Shown here: in pieces, positions 32,501 to 44,655 of the stretch
Numbering within the stretch: position 1 is the first letter of the stretch
Layout of the letters: each line of letters begins with the position of its first letter
Assembly (NCBI GenBank): GCA_002633005.1
Contig: NMRA01000037.1
Coordinates: forward strand, 592,703 to 656,702
From: Phoronis australis
Lineage: Eukaryota; Animalia; Phoronida
Direction of reading: 5' to 3'
Length of the DNA stretch: 64,000 nucleotides
The notes under the pieces: generated by a model
The model's database searches: none
Seen by the model: the letters and a program-made list of their open reading frames with translations, nothing else
What the model was told of the DNA's origin: nothing
Translations under genes and position numbers: made by a program

Positions 32501-35500
32501 ATTACTCGAGATGCTGTTGTGTCGGTCATACGAATTACCTCCAACCACTTGGAATAATAGTCCATAATGACAAGATATTTCACTTTGTTTACCTCACATA
32601 AGTCAACGGCCAGTTTTTGCCATGGTCTATTAGGTTGTGATGTGTAGCGATTGGCTCGTGTTTCTGTGTTGGTCGGTGTACTTGACAAAACTCACATTCA
32701 CGAATAAGTCTCTGTATGTCGTCGTTAATGCTGGGCTAAAACACGGACAAGTTTGGTCTTTCGCGGCATTTGTTAATTCCCATGAGTCCATCGTGAATGT
32801 GACTTCGAATATCTTTGTGCATAGTTTGTGGTATTACACGGGAACCCATGGCAGTAGTACACCGTTGGCTACTGAAAGGCTGTGTCTCACATTGTAGAAC
32901 TCAAGCGCGGATGACGGAACTTGCTCCTTATGGGCTGGTCAACCATTCATGGTCAATTCAATGGCTTGCTGAATCTCGTCATCTTGCTCGGTCGCTACTT
33001 GGATCTCAACTAGTTTCCTGTCAGACATAGGCTTGGCGTCGATTCTACAGCATTGACATGAAATGCCACCTCGTGTTCAGTAGCTGACTCAGTTTCTCTC
33101 ATGGATGCTCTGGATAAAGCATCTGCCACAACTATGAGTTAGCCAGGAACGTGCTCTGCTCGCAAATTGAAAGGCATCCAGTCTTACGATAAGCCTCTGA
33201 CAACGGTAGCGGTACACAATCAATGTCACGCATATTCAGCAGAGGGACAAACAGTTTATGGTCGGTCATTAGACGGAATGACTCCAGTCCCTGTAAATAT
33301 CGACGGAATTTTTTGCAAACCCATGTGGCTGCCAAACACTCGAGTTGGGCATAGTTTCTTTCAGCTGGCGTTAAATGTTCTCGAACAGAAAGCAATAGGG
33401 CGTAACTCGTCTCCACGCTGTTGCATGATAACACCGCCGATGCCATAGCTACTAGCATCACAACTCACCACAGTGGATAAGGTTACGTCATAACATGCCA
33501 GTACTGGGCTATTGCAAATGAGTTCTTTAACGTCTTTGAACAATTTTTCTTGCCGGGGCAACTCCCCAACGGAACTCAATGTCTTTACAAAGCAGTTCGT
33601 TCATAGGTGCCATTACAGTAGCGAGATTTGGCAAATATCTTCCAAGTTCTGCGAAGTTCCGTCACGTTTGTAGGCGGCTCAAGATCCATGACCGCACGTA
33701 CTTTTGTCTCATCGGGACTCATTCCTGAAGCATCGAATTCATGCTCGACATATCTCAACTGATTCTGACAAAACAAACACTTGGCTCGGTTTAGCTTCAA
33801 TCCGGACTCTTTTATTCGCTTCATGACGGTTTCTGGCATTGCATCGTGCACACTCATGGTCTTGCCATATATCAAAATGTCGTATTGCCAAACGATTGCT
33901 CGAGTACCCTCAAGTAACTCATTTATAATTCTCTGGAATATCTCGCTAGCACAGCTAATTCCAAACGGTAAACGTTTAAAACAAAAACGCCCATCGGTGT
34001 GATAAACGTAGTGAGAAGACGACTCTCCTCATGCAGTGGAACAGCCCAATACCCACTAGAAGCATCTAGTGTAGTAAATATAGTGGCACCCGAAAGCTTG
34101 TGAATTACATCATACAAGGTAGGTAGAACATAACGTTCACGTTGCACTGCGAGGTTCAGTTCCTTTAAATCTGCGCATATACAGACACTTCCATCCTTCT
34201 TAACAACAGGAACGATCGGCGCACACCACGGAGTAGGCTGAGTGTGGTTCGATTATGTCACCTGCAACCATTCGCTCGATTTCAGCCTTACTTTCGGCAT
34301 CAGTGGTATGTGTATTCGCCTCGCTGCGTTCAAACTGTACGGTTCTGCGTTTCCTTTCAAATGTATCTTGATCGGGTCACATATAGTCTTGTTGTAGCAA
34401 AAACTGACTCGTTAATTTCACCCACGCGTCGAACAAGTCCAACTGAGTTTCGTGGAAACATTTCGGCTCAACAGACAACTCTTTATTCCGGATACAACAA
34501 AGATGCGAAACTTGTATTTAGTCTCATCATGTGTTACTGACGCGAGAAAAGAGCCTGACGTCTTAAGTCTACCGCTAGGAGTGAACAAGGCAGTTTTTGT
34601 CTGCTCTAAAGCGGGTCGGGGTTTGAGTGTCTCAAAGATGGACTCTGGCATGATAGAAATTTCAGCTCCGGTATCGATCTTGAACTCTACTAACTTGTCG
34701 TGGATTGTCAGATTCACTGTCCAATTGTCAGACGTGTCCTCGTTGTCATCGACAACTGTACAACTACCAAGGAAGTATGCGTTTGACTCACTTTCTTCAC
34801 CGTTTCCAATGAATATCTCTTTAATAGTCTTTGACATGTACTGCGATTTAAAATGTCCTTTTCGATGACATCTGTTGCATAGCTGATCAGTCGCAGGGCA
34901 TGTTTCACCGGGTTTGTGTTTACTGTAGCTGCATTGACCACAATTCTGTTTTGTGTCGCTGTCACGTTTAGGCCTACTTTTGCCTCTACCGCGAGGAACG
35001 TGATGCTGACCTCGTCTACGACCTCTGATGGCACCTATGGCCTTATCTGGGCCAGTTGCTAGTGATAACTGCCGCATCTGGGAATTGACCTGCTTGACAT
35101 GTCTAGCGGACAAGATAGCTTGCTCGCGTGTCAGCCCTGATTTCAGTTCTGTGTAACTCTTTTGACACATCTCGATAGCGTATATCTATGACAAGCCGGT
35201 CGCGTATCATCTCGTCCCTGTCTTGGAAGTCGCAGTGGTCGGCCTGTTCATCCAACGCTCGAAAAATGACTTAACATTTTCATCGGCATGTTGGACTCTC
35301 TGGTTGAATATGGCTCGTTCGTGTGTAATGCTTCTTTTTGAGATGAAGTGGGCATCAAATTTTTCTATGACAATGCCAAATTTCTTAGCATCGGGATCAT
35401 TCAGGCCAAACGTTTCGAAGACATTTTCAGCATCGGTGCCCATGCTGTAAACAAGTGTTGCTACTTCGGCTTCCCCTTCGTCTTTGTTCAGTTTGGATGC

Positions 35501-35759
35501 GAGTCGATATCGCACGAAACGTTTTCGCCACTCAGGCCACAGTGAGGGTTTGTCAAAGGGGAAAGCGTCTGGGGGACCACTGTGACTTGTATTCACCCAC
35601 CGTTTATCAGTTTGACACACAAAATTGGCAGATATGTTTCACCGCAAATTTTATCACGCCGTTGCCACCATGTTTTATTGTTGAGCGCCGTATGGCAGAT
35701 TTATTCAAAAACACAAAATACTAAACAAGAAGCCATACAACTACGGAACATTAATAAGG

Positions 35760-37715
35760 GCCTCGTAATGTAACAATCTACATATAGCAAACCGTGTGCT
35801 ATGTAACCAAACATGCTTTTTTGAATATTATAAATTCTTAATAAATTACAAAGCTTAAATAGGGGTTATTTATCTAAAGCTGTGAATTCTATTTAAAGCT
35901 AAATATATTAAACTATTTATAAATATCTAGGACTATAATTTTACTCCCAGATAAATATCAAAAATTTATTGTCACCTCATACGGCACTCGCCGGTTAACC
36001 GTGGGACGTTTACCCACACTTTAGTGCGCCAAGAAAACGATAATGCGCGGTTCAAGTCTCACATATACTTCAAGAATGAATGCGCTCTTCCAGACTGGCA
36101 AATCATTCGGGCTTCATCCGATGCCTTCATCTGATGCCTTCATCTTTGATGCAATAACGATGAATTACGTCTCATCCAGAGGTTAGCCAATAACGATGAA
36201 ACGCGTGTCATTCACAGGTTAGCCAATGCTTTAGGTGGAAAGTACAAGATCGATCAGAGCAAAATGGCGTTAAAGACGATGGAAAATATTAGTAACTTTC
36301 TGGACTTCTACGAATCTTTGGGAGTGCCCAAAACCGACGCCTTCCAGACAGTCGATCTGTATGAAGGTCAAAACATCACGGAAGTTATCAACGATTTGCT
36401 TGCGTTAGCTCGAAAGGTTAGTTTATTTATTTATTTATTTTATTTGTTTATTTATTGTAATATTTACAATGAGGGTAGCCCCTTTAGTTCTCATTGCTTT
36501 CCATGGGCCCCTCAGTTGTGTTGGTTACTCTCAATGCAAAACTGGGATGCGGATAGGTGGATTTCGTTCCAGAGTTCCGCCTCATGAGGGGTTCGGCACA
36601 GTTTGCCAAAAAACCTTTGAACAGTTGTTGTTTACAGCATTGATTGATTTATGATATATTTGAATATTATTAACAGATAATTTAATTTTAAAAAGTGTTT
36701 TCCTGTTGAGTTCTTGTTGTGGCGTTAAGTGATAATGCGCGACATCAAATTTCCCAGTGACGTCATGCTAAACATTAAAATAGGCTAACACAAGTACAAA
36801 CAGGGTTCTAAATAAATCTTTTTACTCAAAATCGAGCACGATAATATTTTTGGCATTTTCTAACAATTGAATCGGTTTAGGCGCCGTAAAGTCTGCTGCA
36901 AGAATCCTGTGCGTGCGACTGCCCCCCTTTCTGTCAAAAACTTCCTTATATTTGGATTGTTTTGGCCCGTTTGTTTATTATTAAAAAAAAAACACCACGT
37001 GATAACAGTCAGCGTATCAAAAGTTATAAAATCGGCGAATATCAAACTTGAATTCCCGCTGGAAATCTTGGACGAAAATAGACACAGGAACAGGGACTCA
37101 TCTCCTTGGTTGGAATTGAATGATTCAAGTTAAACCGCCTGCGTTGACACAAGGTTCCTGCAAACCGAGTTCAAATATATTTAACGTAAACGGTTATTAA
37201 TATCAAAATTTTAAAAAACACAAACTTAAAAAATATAATGAGTTAGTACTGTGTCGAACCCCTTCAAGTATAGTTATGTTTTGTTTAAAATACAAGCTTG
37301 TGCATTAAAAAAGACTTTGCAACTAGTCATCGTAAACGATTGGTCATCAGATAATTGACTTTCGGATTTGCTTGAGTAGTCGATTTGGTATATAGTCGAA
37401 ATACTTTTAGTATCGTTCCCTTTTTAAATTTGAGATGCTCTTTCACTTACGAAAGTGACAGCATTGAGTTAGACTCAAAACTATGAAATTGAATTGTTTA
37501 AATAACATCAGCAGATTTTTCCAATATTCGGTCGAAACGCTGATCAAAGTTCTATGTAAAGTAGTTATGTTACAATAGGGCCGTCCCGGATTATATACGA
37601 TTGTCCCGGATTACAAAGCGACTTGAACCTCGCTGTATTTACCCACAATGCTGTAAACACCCGTCAGGCACATTTACAAGCTTTCTTCGGTTTCATTACT
37701 CTATTCGTCCTTCCA
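35760..37715 (+). pseudogene. Partial myophilin paralog (exon 4 at 36218-36416 with flanking introns); no exon 5 seen
   Basis: Colinear with ~25410-27422. The exon is the same 199 bp, open, with AG/GT intact (LANALGGKYKIDQSKMALKTMENISNFL...ALARK). Homology ends before exon 5, and the Gypsy lies immediately upstream. Confidence 0.75.
36424..36513 (-). mobile_element. 5'-truncated LINE/SINE 3' tail inserted beside the paralog splice donor
   Basis: 90 bp absent from the homologous site at ~26018, with a (TAAA)n tail on the minus strand and an AGTT direct repeat (36420-36423 and 36514-36517). Confidence 0.65.
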
Positions 37716-40682
37716 ATGTCAATGGAGTATTACTGCTGTGAAGTCTGGAAAATGACAGAGACCACTTGAACAAGTTTTGTGATGCATCCTTTAGCTGCTA
37801 TGATCTTCGAGACACGACATTTGTAGGGCAGATGCCGTGGATGTGCTGAATGCGTCATTCTCGAATTTTTCAAGATTTTCTGATGGACAATTCTTTGTGG
37901 ACATTTTCATTCTTGGTTCACCTGATACAACTGTTTCGTCTGCTCCTGATTGCGGCGGTATACTTCGACCGACGCCTTCAGGGTGTCTTATCTCCCGAGA
38001 CGGAGTAGCAGCGGCCGCTGTTGCATGGTATGTAGGTATGCCCCTTCTGCAATCATTAGATGTCTCGACTCTGAAATGATGCAACCCCTTAGAAACTGAG
38101 AAATTGGCAGCCAATCTCATGGACGTTCTGTTAGACATGAAAAAGTAAACACGGAGGCTTTCCGATTGAGAGCCAGTTTACTTGTAGTTCTCAGGAACGT
38201 CTCAAAAAACAGGACAAAACCGGCCAGACGGCAACTCATCAGGTTTGGCAGTCTGAAGAAGAAGCCCATGGACCGTATTTGTAGCATTTTGTCGAGGCCT
38301 GCTTGTGGCCAAATTTTCCATGGCTACAAAAATTGCGTATTGTTAATTAGCATTTTAAGCCGTTTACTTATCTCAAATTCGTGAAATTTAACAAATGATA
38401 TTCTACGAATTTACCTACTTGGCCCATTGAGTTCTTTACGCTAACCGTGACTTTCGTAGGTCGCATCGCTTTAAAAACAAACAAGTGTAAGTTTGTGCAT
38501 TGTAAAATATATCCATGGACAGTGAAGAGGCCGGAACTTATCGGCTTATCTGTGCATGCGTATTATTGTACCCTGTTCCATGTAGACGGCAACTGTCTCT
38601 GGTGAAGGAGGTTGGGGTCCAGTTGGACAGGGTTTGATGGTCATCTCTCGACTTCACTTCCGTACTTAGACAGTAATAAGTGGGAACGAACGAATTATTA
38701 AATTTATTTAATACAGTGACAGTGACACTAGATTTAAACAACTTATACATGTATTTGAAAAATAACAACCATCCCATAATTAGGCTTATAAGTCACAGTA
38801 AAACACCGTTTGCGTTTGAACCCACTTCGCGCACCTGTGTTGACTAATAAAAATGAACATACCTGCATGTATAACCAGGTGATATTACGCAAACGGTAAG
38901 AATTAAAGAGAAAAAAGCATGAACGTTAAATGTAATTCATAGCGCATACATATAACTCCAAAAGAAGCATTCATCAGGTTTCGAAAACATTAGACAGCCA
39001 TGATTTATTTAATGCGACAGGTTATTTCTCAAGGAGTAATTTACAAGAACATTACGCGCGCGCGCACGCGCCGAATTATTAAAGGTTCACACGATCGCAC
39101 TTATATTATGCGCTCAAGAAAATGTTTTTACTTGAAAATGAGTATTTCGAAATATTTTACTCAAGTCTCATGATCAACTGGTGTACCATTGCCTTTTGGA
39201 ATGTCGACCACTGTTCCGAAAGCGTGAGAGAAACGAAATAAAAATCATTGACAATGGGAAGTGCCCAGTCGTGCGTTCAAAGGATTTCGAGTCTTATTAA
39301 AGGGTTACGCGTTATCTACGCTTCTTACTGCGAGGACCGCAGTGGTTGAACCACTGTTGACAATAGAGGGAGACACATAAACGTGCCCTCACGTCACACC
39401 TGCAAGGTCATTTTCTTATGTTATAATGATTACGCGGTCACGCAATACACAATAATCACGATAACAATAAGGAAGCAACTCTAAGTAAACATATACTTCC
39501 AAGTATTATGACTTAACACGATATCAAGAAAATCAGCGAAGGAGAAATAGTGCGGACTAAATCGAGTTTACATACAAGAATATTTGTTTGGTTATTCTTC
39601 CTTAAAAATTACTTTCCCAGGAACTACTGAAGGCCGTGTATACAAAAGACTTGTACGCAAAGGTCCGTCTGCAGTTATCGCCATTTTTACCAGAGTACAA
39701 AACTAAGCTGTTCGTCTGCATACTGATGTAGTAAAGTAAACAATTATTTTAAACAATTCTCTGTGTATTTTTATGTAAATCAATTCCAAGTAAAGCGTTG
39801 GATTTTTGTCTTGTTGTATCGCCACTTTTATGACGTAAAAGCGACATTCATTAGCTACAAGCCTCAAACCCAATTCCCAACCTAACCTTTCATACATTGG
39901 TGAAAATCACAGTCATGGTGAACGGTACCAAACCTATAAACAAGTTTACATTGCAGAACTTTTATCGACCAACAAAAAAAATTGTTGTATGTTTTCATGA
40001 CAGGTTCATCTAGCAATTTTCAAACATTTAAAGATGCTAGGCCTCATTGAATTGTGAATATGCAAATGAAGTACTAGTTTACAAACAACCCGGGTCTTCA
40101 GGTGTGCTGGAAACCTTCCCAGAAGTACCGTTACAATCTCGCAAGTCTCATTTTCTGAAACTATTCTTATGTAAATAAGTATGGTAATGTCATGGTTACC
40201 CCAATAAAACAAGGCACTGATTTTATCATTTGTTCATTTCACTGTCAGATAACCATTGCTTAAGGTTTGGACTTACAAGGGTTTTCTATGTTGTCACACT
40301 TGTTTTTAAGTGTATCAGTTGTGGTGTTTTCTTTTTACAAATTGTTTCTTTTCCTGATTAAACTTGTACACACAGTTCTCCAAGAAATCACAAGATGGCG
40401 CTAACAACAAATTTAAATATTCACGTTTAATGAGACATAGCATCTTTAAGTCAAGGTTAGACACAATTTGCAGGACATTTTGAAACCTCGCACACTGCTG
40501 CTTTCAAAACCTTTTGATCATGTCTTAAAAGCACTTCAAATACTTTCAACTAGCCTTTGCCACCTTACAAGATTACACAGAGCAAAATAAGTCATAAAAT
40601 CATATGTGAAAAGATGCATCTCCATTACAGCTTGAAGTGGACGATTTTGACCTAATTATTGATGCATGACCTTTAACATGAC

Positions 40683-42167
40683 CTAATTATTGCTCTCTGG
40701 GCGTTCAATGATTAGTGACGCTACACTCTGATCGGCATCATGAGCAATCTTGATGTGTTTTTTAAGCTGACCACTTAAACGGAAGGTAGCAGCACATAGG
40801 TGACACCCGAAAGGTTTAGAGCGGGAGTGTGTGTTAATGTGTCTTACGAAAGAGGCACGTCGACTAAATGGTCTACCACAGATGGCGCACTTGTACGGAT
40901 TGTTGGCATTGTGTATCTTCTGATGGCTCAACAAGTCGGCCTTACAGCAAAATGTACGGGAACACAATGAGCAATTGAAATGTTTCACATTTGAATGTTT
41001 TCTCAGCATATGAGATTTCAAAGTCGAAAGTGCCAGAAAACTGCGGTCACAGTCTGGGCACGAATGTGGTTTCACACCAGCGTGAATTTTCAAATGCCTG
41101 GAGAGAGCACTCTTGACGCCAAAGTTCATGTCGCACAATGAGCACTTGTAGGGCTTCTGGCCAGTGTGCGTGATTTCATGAGTTTTCAGGTGAGACATCT
41201 GGCGAAAGGCCACGTGACAGATGAGACAGGAGTAGGGCTTCTCACCCGTATGAGTCCTCAGGTGAACATTTAGACTTTTATTGCTCGACAAATGTTTGTT
41301 ACAGACAGAGCATTGATACCGGCCATCTTCGTGCTCCTTTGTGTGTGCTTCTAATTGGCTAACATTGGAGAATCGTCGAGGACAATAGTTACACTTGTGC
41401 ACCAATGGTTCTTTTTGCTCATGCGTTGATTTACGATGATATGTCAGACGTCTCTCTGTGACAAATACCTTCGGACAGAGCGCACACCGATACATCCTCT
41501 CCTCTGTATGAAGCATCATATGTGTCTTCAGATAGCCCTTGGCTTTAATCACCTTGTTGCATATAGGACATGCCACTGGCAAACTTTGGCGCTGCACGAC
41601 TGGACGTTCATGACGTTTCATATGTACGTGCAGGTAATTTGCAGTTAATACCTTATTACACATAGGACAAGAGACGGACTTGTCCACCACACCGCCACAG
41701 CGCTTCATGTGTTTCGGAAGATATTTCTTTGTTTGGAATACCTTATGGCAAATAGGACAAGACTCAGCTACCGGTGACTGAGTCCCAGATAACTGGTTAC
41801 CTTCAAACATAGCCACATAGTCAGGCTCCCTTTTCACACTACATTTTCCATTATGGACAATGCTCATTCCAGTGTTTCCATCATCACTGATAGATTCTAA
41901 TTTCGGCTTCACATCACTTTCAACTGAATTACAGGCAATACTGTTTTCAGATGAAGTTTTCTGGCCTCCTCTCAAAATCAAATTGCACACATGTCCTTCA
42001 TAATCGTCACATGACTGCTCACTGAGGTCAGGTTCATCATGACCTTGCACACTACTGCCATCTACAGGCTCCTCCTTCAATGTCACAAGTTCATGAAGCT
42101 GAGTACAGTGTTGTACTTCCTCAGCAAATCTCACTTCCACTTCAGCGTTTTTCTTGCTAAGTTCCAT
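40683..42167 (-). CDS. C2H2 zinc-finger protein (494 aa, 12 fingers, first one C2HC)
   Basis: Single open coding exon with tandem CxxC...HxxxH fingers and TGEKPY/TGQKPY linkers, and an acidic N-terminus. A splice acceptor TTTCAG at ~42202 implies an upstream UTR exon. Confidence 0.93.
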   Translation of the reverse strand: MELSKKNAEVEVRFAEEVQHCTQLHELVTLKEEPVDGSSVQGHDEPDLSEQSCDDYEGHVCNLILRGGQKTSSENSIACNSVESDVKPKLESISDDGNTGMSIVHNGKCSVKREPDYVAMFEGNQLSGTQSPVAESCPICHKVFQTKKYLPKHMKRCGGVVDKSVSCPMCNKVLTANYLHVHMKRHERPVVQRQSLPVACPICNKVIKAKGYLKTHMMLHTEERMYRCALCPKVFVTERRLTYHRKSTHEQKEPLVHKCNYCPRRFSNVSQLEAHTKEHEDGRYQCSVCNKHLSSNKSLNVHLRTHTGEKPYSCLICHVAFRQMSHLKTHEITHTGQKPYKCSLCDMNFGVKSALSRHLKIHAGVKPHSCPDCDRSFLALSTLKSHMLRKHSNVKHFNCSLCSRTFCCKADLLSHQKIHNANNPYKCAICGRPFSRRASFVRHINTHSRSKPFGCHLCAATFRLSGQLKKHIKIAHDADQSVASLIIERPESNN

Positions 42168-42797
42168 AGTGTTGCACCCTGTCTACCAAGACGCCGAACC
42201 CTGAAATGTAAGAACTAATGTTTAAGACTATTTTGAATCAGAAAGATTATTTTTTGGGTTGTCTTTTAATTCATGAAACTTTGATACACCTATGCTCCAT
42301 GGCAATCAGACTGATAGTCCTCATCTACGGGCCTCGCTCACCTGAGGAAAATGAAACTGGGAGTTCTGGGAGGGGACTTTTTGGTTGAGGGGAAACTCTG
42401 CACTAAATCCCCCCCCCCCCCCCCNTCTATACCCGGTCGCCACCCCTCATCGACAGTGCTCCAAGAATCTAACCCTGACTTAATTTTTTGCTGAAGTGAA
42501 TCAGTTTCCGGCGTATGAAGCTCCTAAGAACTTCACCGTCCCGACGGTCAGACGGTGGCACTGTCTAGTGTTAGGAGAGCCCTGTGCCACAGGGCCACAG
42601 GCTGTGGCGTGTGGTAGAAAAACCCAAATTACTCCCAAACTGGTCACGCCAACACGGTTGAATTGGCCCTCTTCCACTCAACACTGTCGAATCCTAAGAC
42701 TAGTTCACTCGTCTTTAAATAGAGAGAAGTCAGCACTGGGCGGAAAAACACAGAACAGAAAAAATTATTAGGCGTACCATCCAGTCATATGTGACCC

Positions 42798-43222
42798 TGC
42801 TATGCGTGAACTTGGATTTCTGCTGAATCTCAAGATCGAAAATGCGTGAACTTGGAATAGATTAAGAAACTGAGAGAGCTCACCCAAATAATCATTTCAC
42901 ATTGAAAAGAATCTGCACTAAACTAAGATTAGTAAAATAGTGTAAATTTCAACCAATTTTTATCGATTTTTGAAGTACTGATTATCTTTTTCAACAAAAA
43001 ATGTTGATTTTCTAACTCTCGATTCTATGACACAAGTTCTGATAACTAAGAAAATGGATTATCGTGGAGCCAATAATATTAGAAAAAATCTTTACAATGA
43101 ACGAAAATGTTCACCTGATTAGGCTACATTAGTGAATATTAAATTTTAAAAGATGAAGCGAAATTCTAAATTCACGTATACGCGATCTTGAGATTAAGCA
43201 AATTCTAAGTTCACGCATAGCA
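42798..43222. mobile_element. MITE with ~60-bp TIRs
   Basis: TGCTATGCGTGAACTTGGATTTCTGCTGAATCTCAAGATCG at left matches the reverse complement of the right end (CGATCTTGAGATTAAGCAAATTCTAAGTTCACGCATAGCA). Confidence 0.7.
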
Positions 43223-44655
43223 ACTTCAGCGACACCTCGTGTCAGAAGAACAGTGACGACATCTATGGGTCTGCTCAGTCAGCGGAGGCGATGCCGCTGT
43301 CGAAGTTACGCTCTGTCTGAGGATTTGGAGAACCCATGATTTTCTAAAGAATACACATCGTCAATTTTCTCTTCATGTTATTGAGCAAAGTAAACAAATC
43401 GTCTTACAGTAAAATGGTGTTAGATAACAAAATTGGTGACAACTTTTTACCAAAGTTTCAGTATGTTATACTTGTATTAATTTTATTTGTTGCCTTTTGT
43501 GTGTAATCTTTTATTCCTTGTTATTATATGGTAATTTATTTACAACGGGGTTCTCATTTGAAGCACAACAACAAGAATGTATTACCCTGTTGTAAATAAT
43601 TGATCAGAATTTTCTATTTATTCTCGGCTTATTTAGTTCATCTGCGATAATTTAATTTACCTTTCGCAGGGTAAATTTAGGAAACATTTTAAAAGCCTAT
43701 GGATCATCAATATGAGTCTACCTTTCATGCTTTTTCGGGTTTTCGTGCATTGTCTGCATGCTTTACCTTTGCCTTTACTTGTGTTTAACTTCTCGTAGTA
43801 GTGTGTAGAGAGCTATGTGTTTGTCATTTCTGTTTGGAGCTTTAGTGATCGACTCTCTAGACCGTTCAAACCGCAATCACGAGGCTCCACAGTTTTAATC
43901 TTTAATTGTCACGGAATGTTAGACCCCCTGTCACTTAAGTGGAGTTTGTTGCTTTGGTCGTTTGTTTTGATGGCATGTTTGCAATTGGAAGGTAATTATT
44001 CCCGCGGCCCAAACACAACACAAAGCGTGAGTCTATAAAATTTTAATGCGCCAGGTGACTCAACTGAGGTGAACAAACATAGTGCACAATGATTTTTTCC
44101 CGAAAATGACGCGGAACGCGGCCCTGAAACATACCTGCCTTTGTATGTATTTTACCGTATATGCTGTATGTTTTAAATAAGACTCACGCTGTTCCATCAG
44201 GAACCCCCCTCTGTTAACTCAAGATAAGTGTCTATATCATCTGTGCATTATGGGTATGGAAATGAGTTTAAAGTCCAAGTTCGCACTTGATTACCCCTAG
44301 ATTCGAGCTAAAATTCGAAATTTCGAGTTCACACTCGAACTTTTTGCTTTCATGATGCGATCATTAACTGAAAACTAGAATTAAATAGTAGCCACGTAAG
44401 CTGTAGTATGTATACCCAAGCATACAATAATAGAAACTCATCTTTCGTTCGCACAAAAGCCAGTAGAAAGAGAAACAAAAAGAATTTTGAGTTTGATTTC
44501 GTACAAAGATTAGACCCCGGACCTGGATTTGGCACAGTTCCGTGAATGTCACCAGCGAATGATTAAAATCAGTTCTATATATTTCACATCAGCGCATAAG
44601 TCAAATGGGAGAAACACAAAATGCAACTGATATCTCAGCCGAATGTAGCATGCAG

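Larger units (their letters stand above)
29378..35750 (-). mobile_element. Full-length but decayed Ty3/Gypsy LTR retrotransposon, Mag-like, with 80-bp LTRs
   Basis: LTRs 35671-35750 and 29378-29457 (TG...CA, 3 mismatches in 80 bp). tRNA-Leu-like PBS TGGTGGCAACGG; PPT GGAGGGGAGA abutting the 3' LTR. Domains in order: gag (PPDAFPFDKPSLWPEWRKRF, zinc knuckles), protease KIDTGA, RT (LDASSGYW, FITP), RNase H (CDASSYGIGGV), integrase (DYYSKW; SDNGPPF; PQTNGQAER). Frameshifted. Confidence 0.93.
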
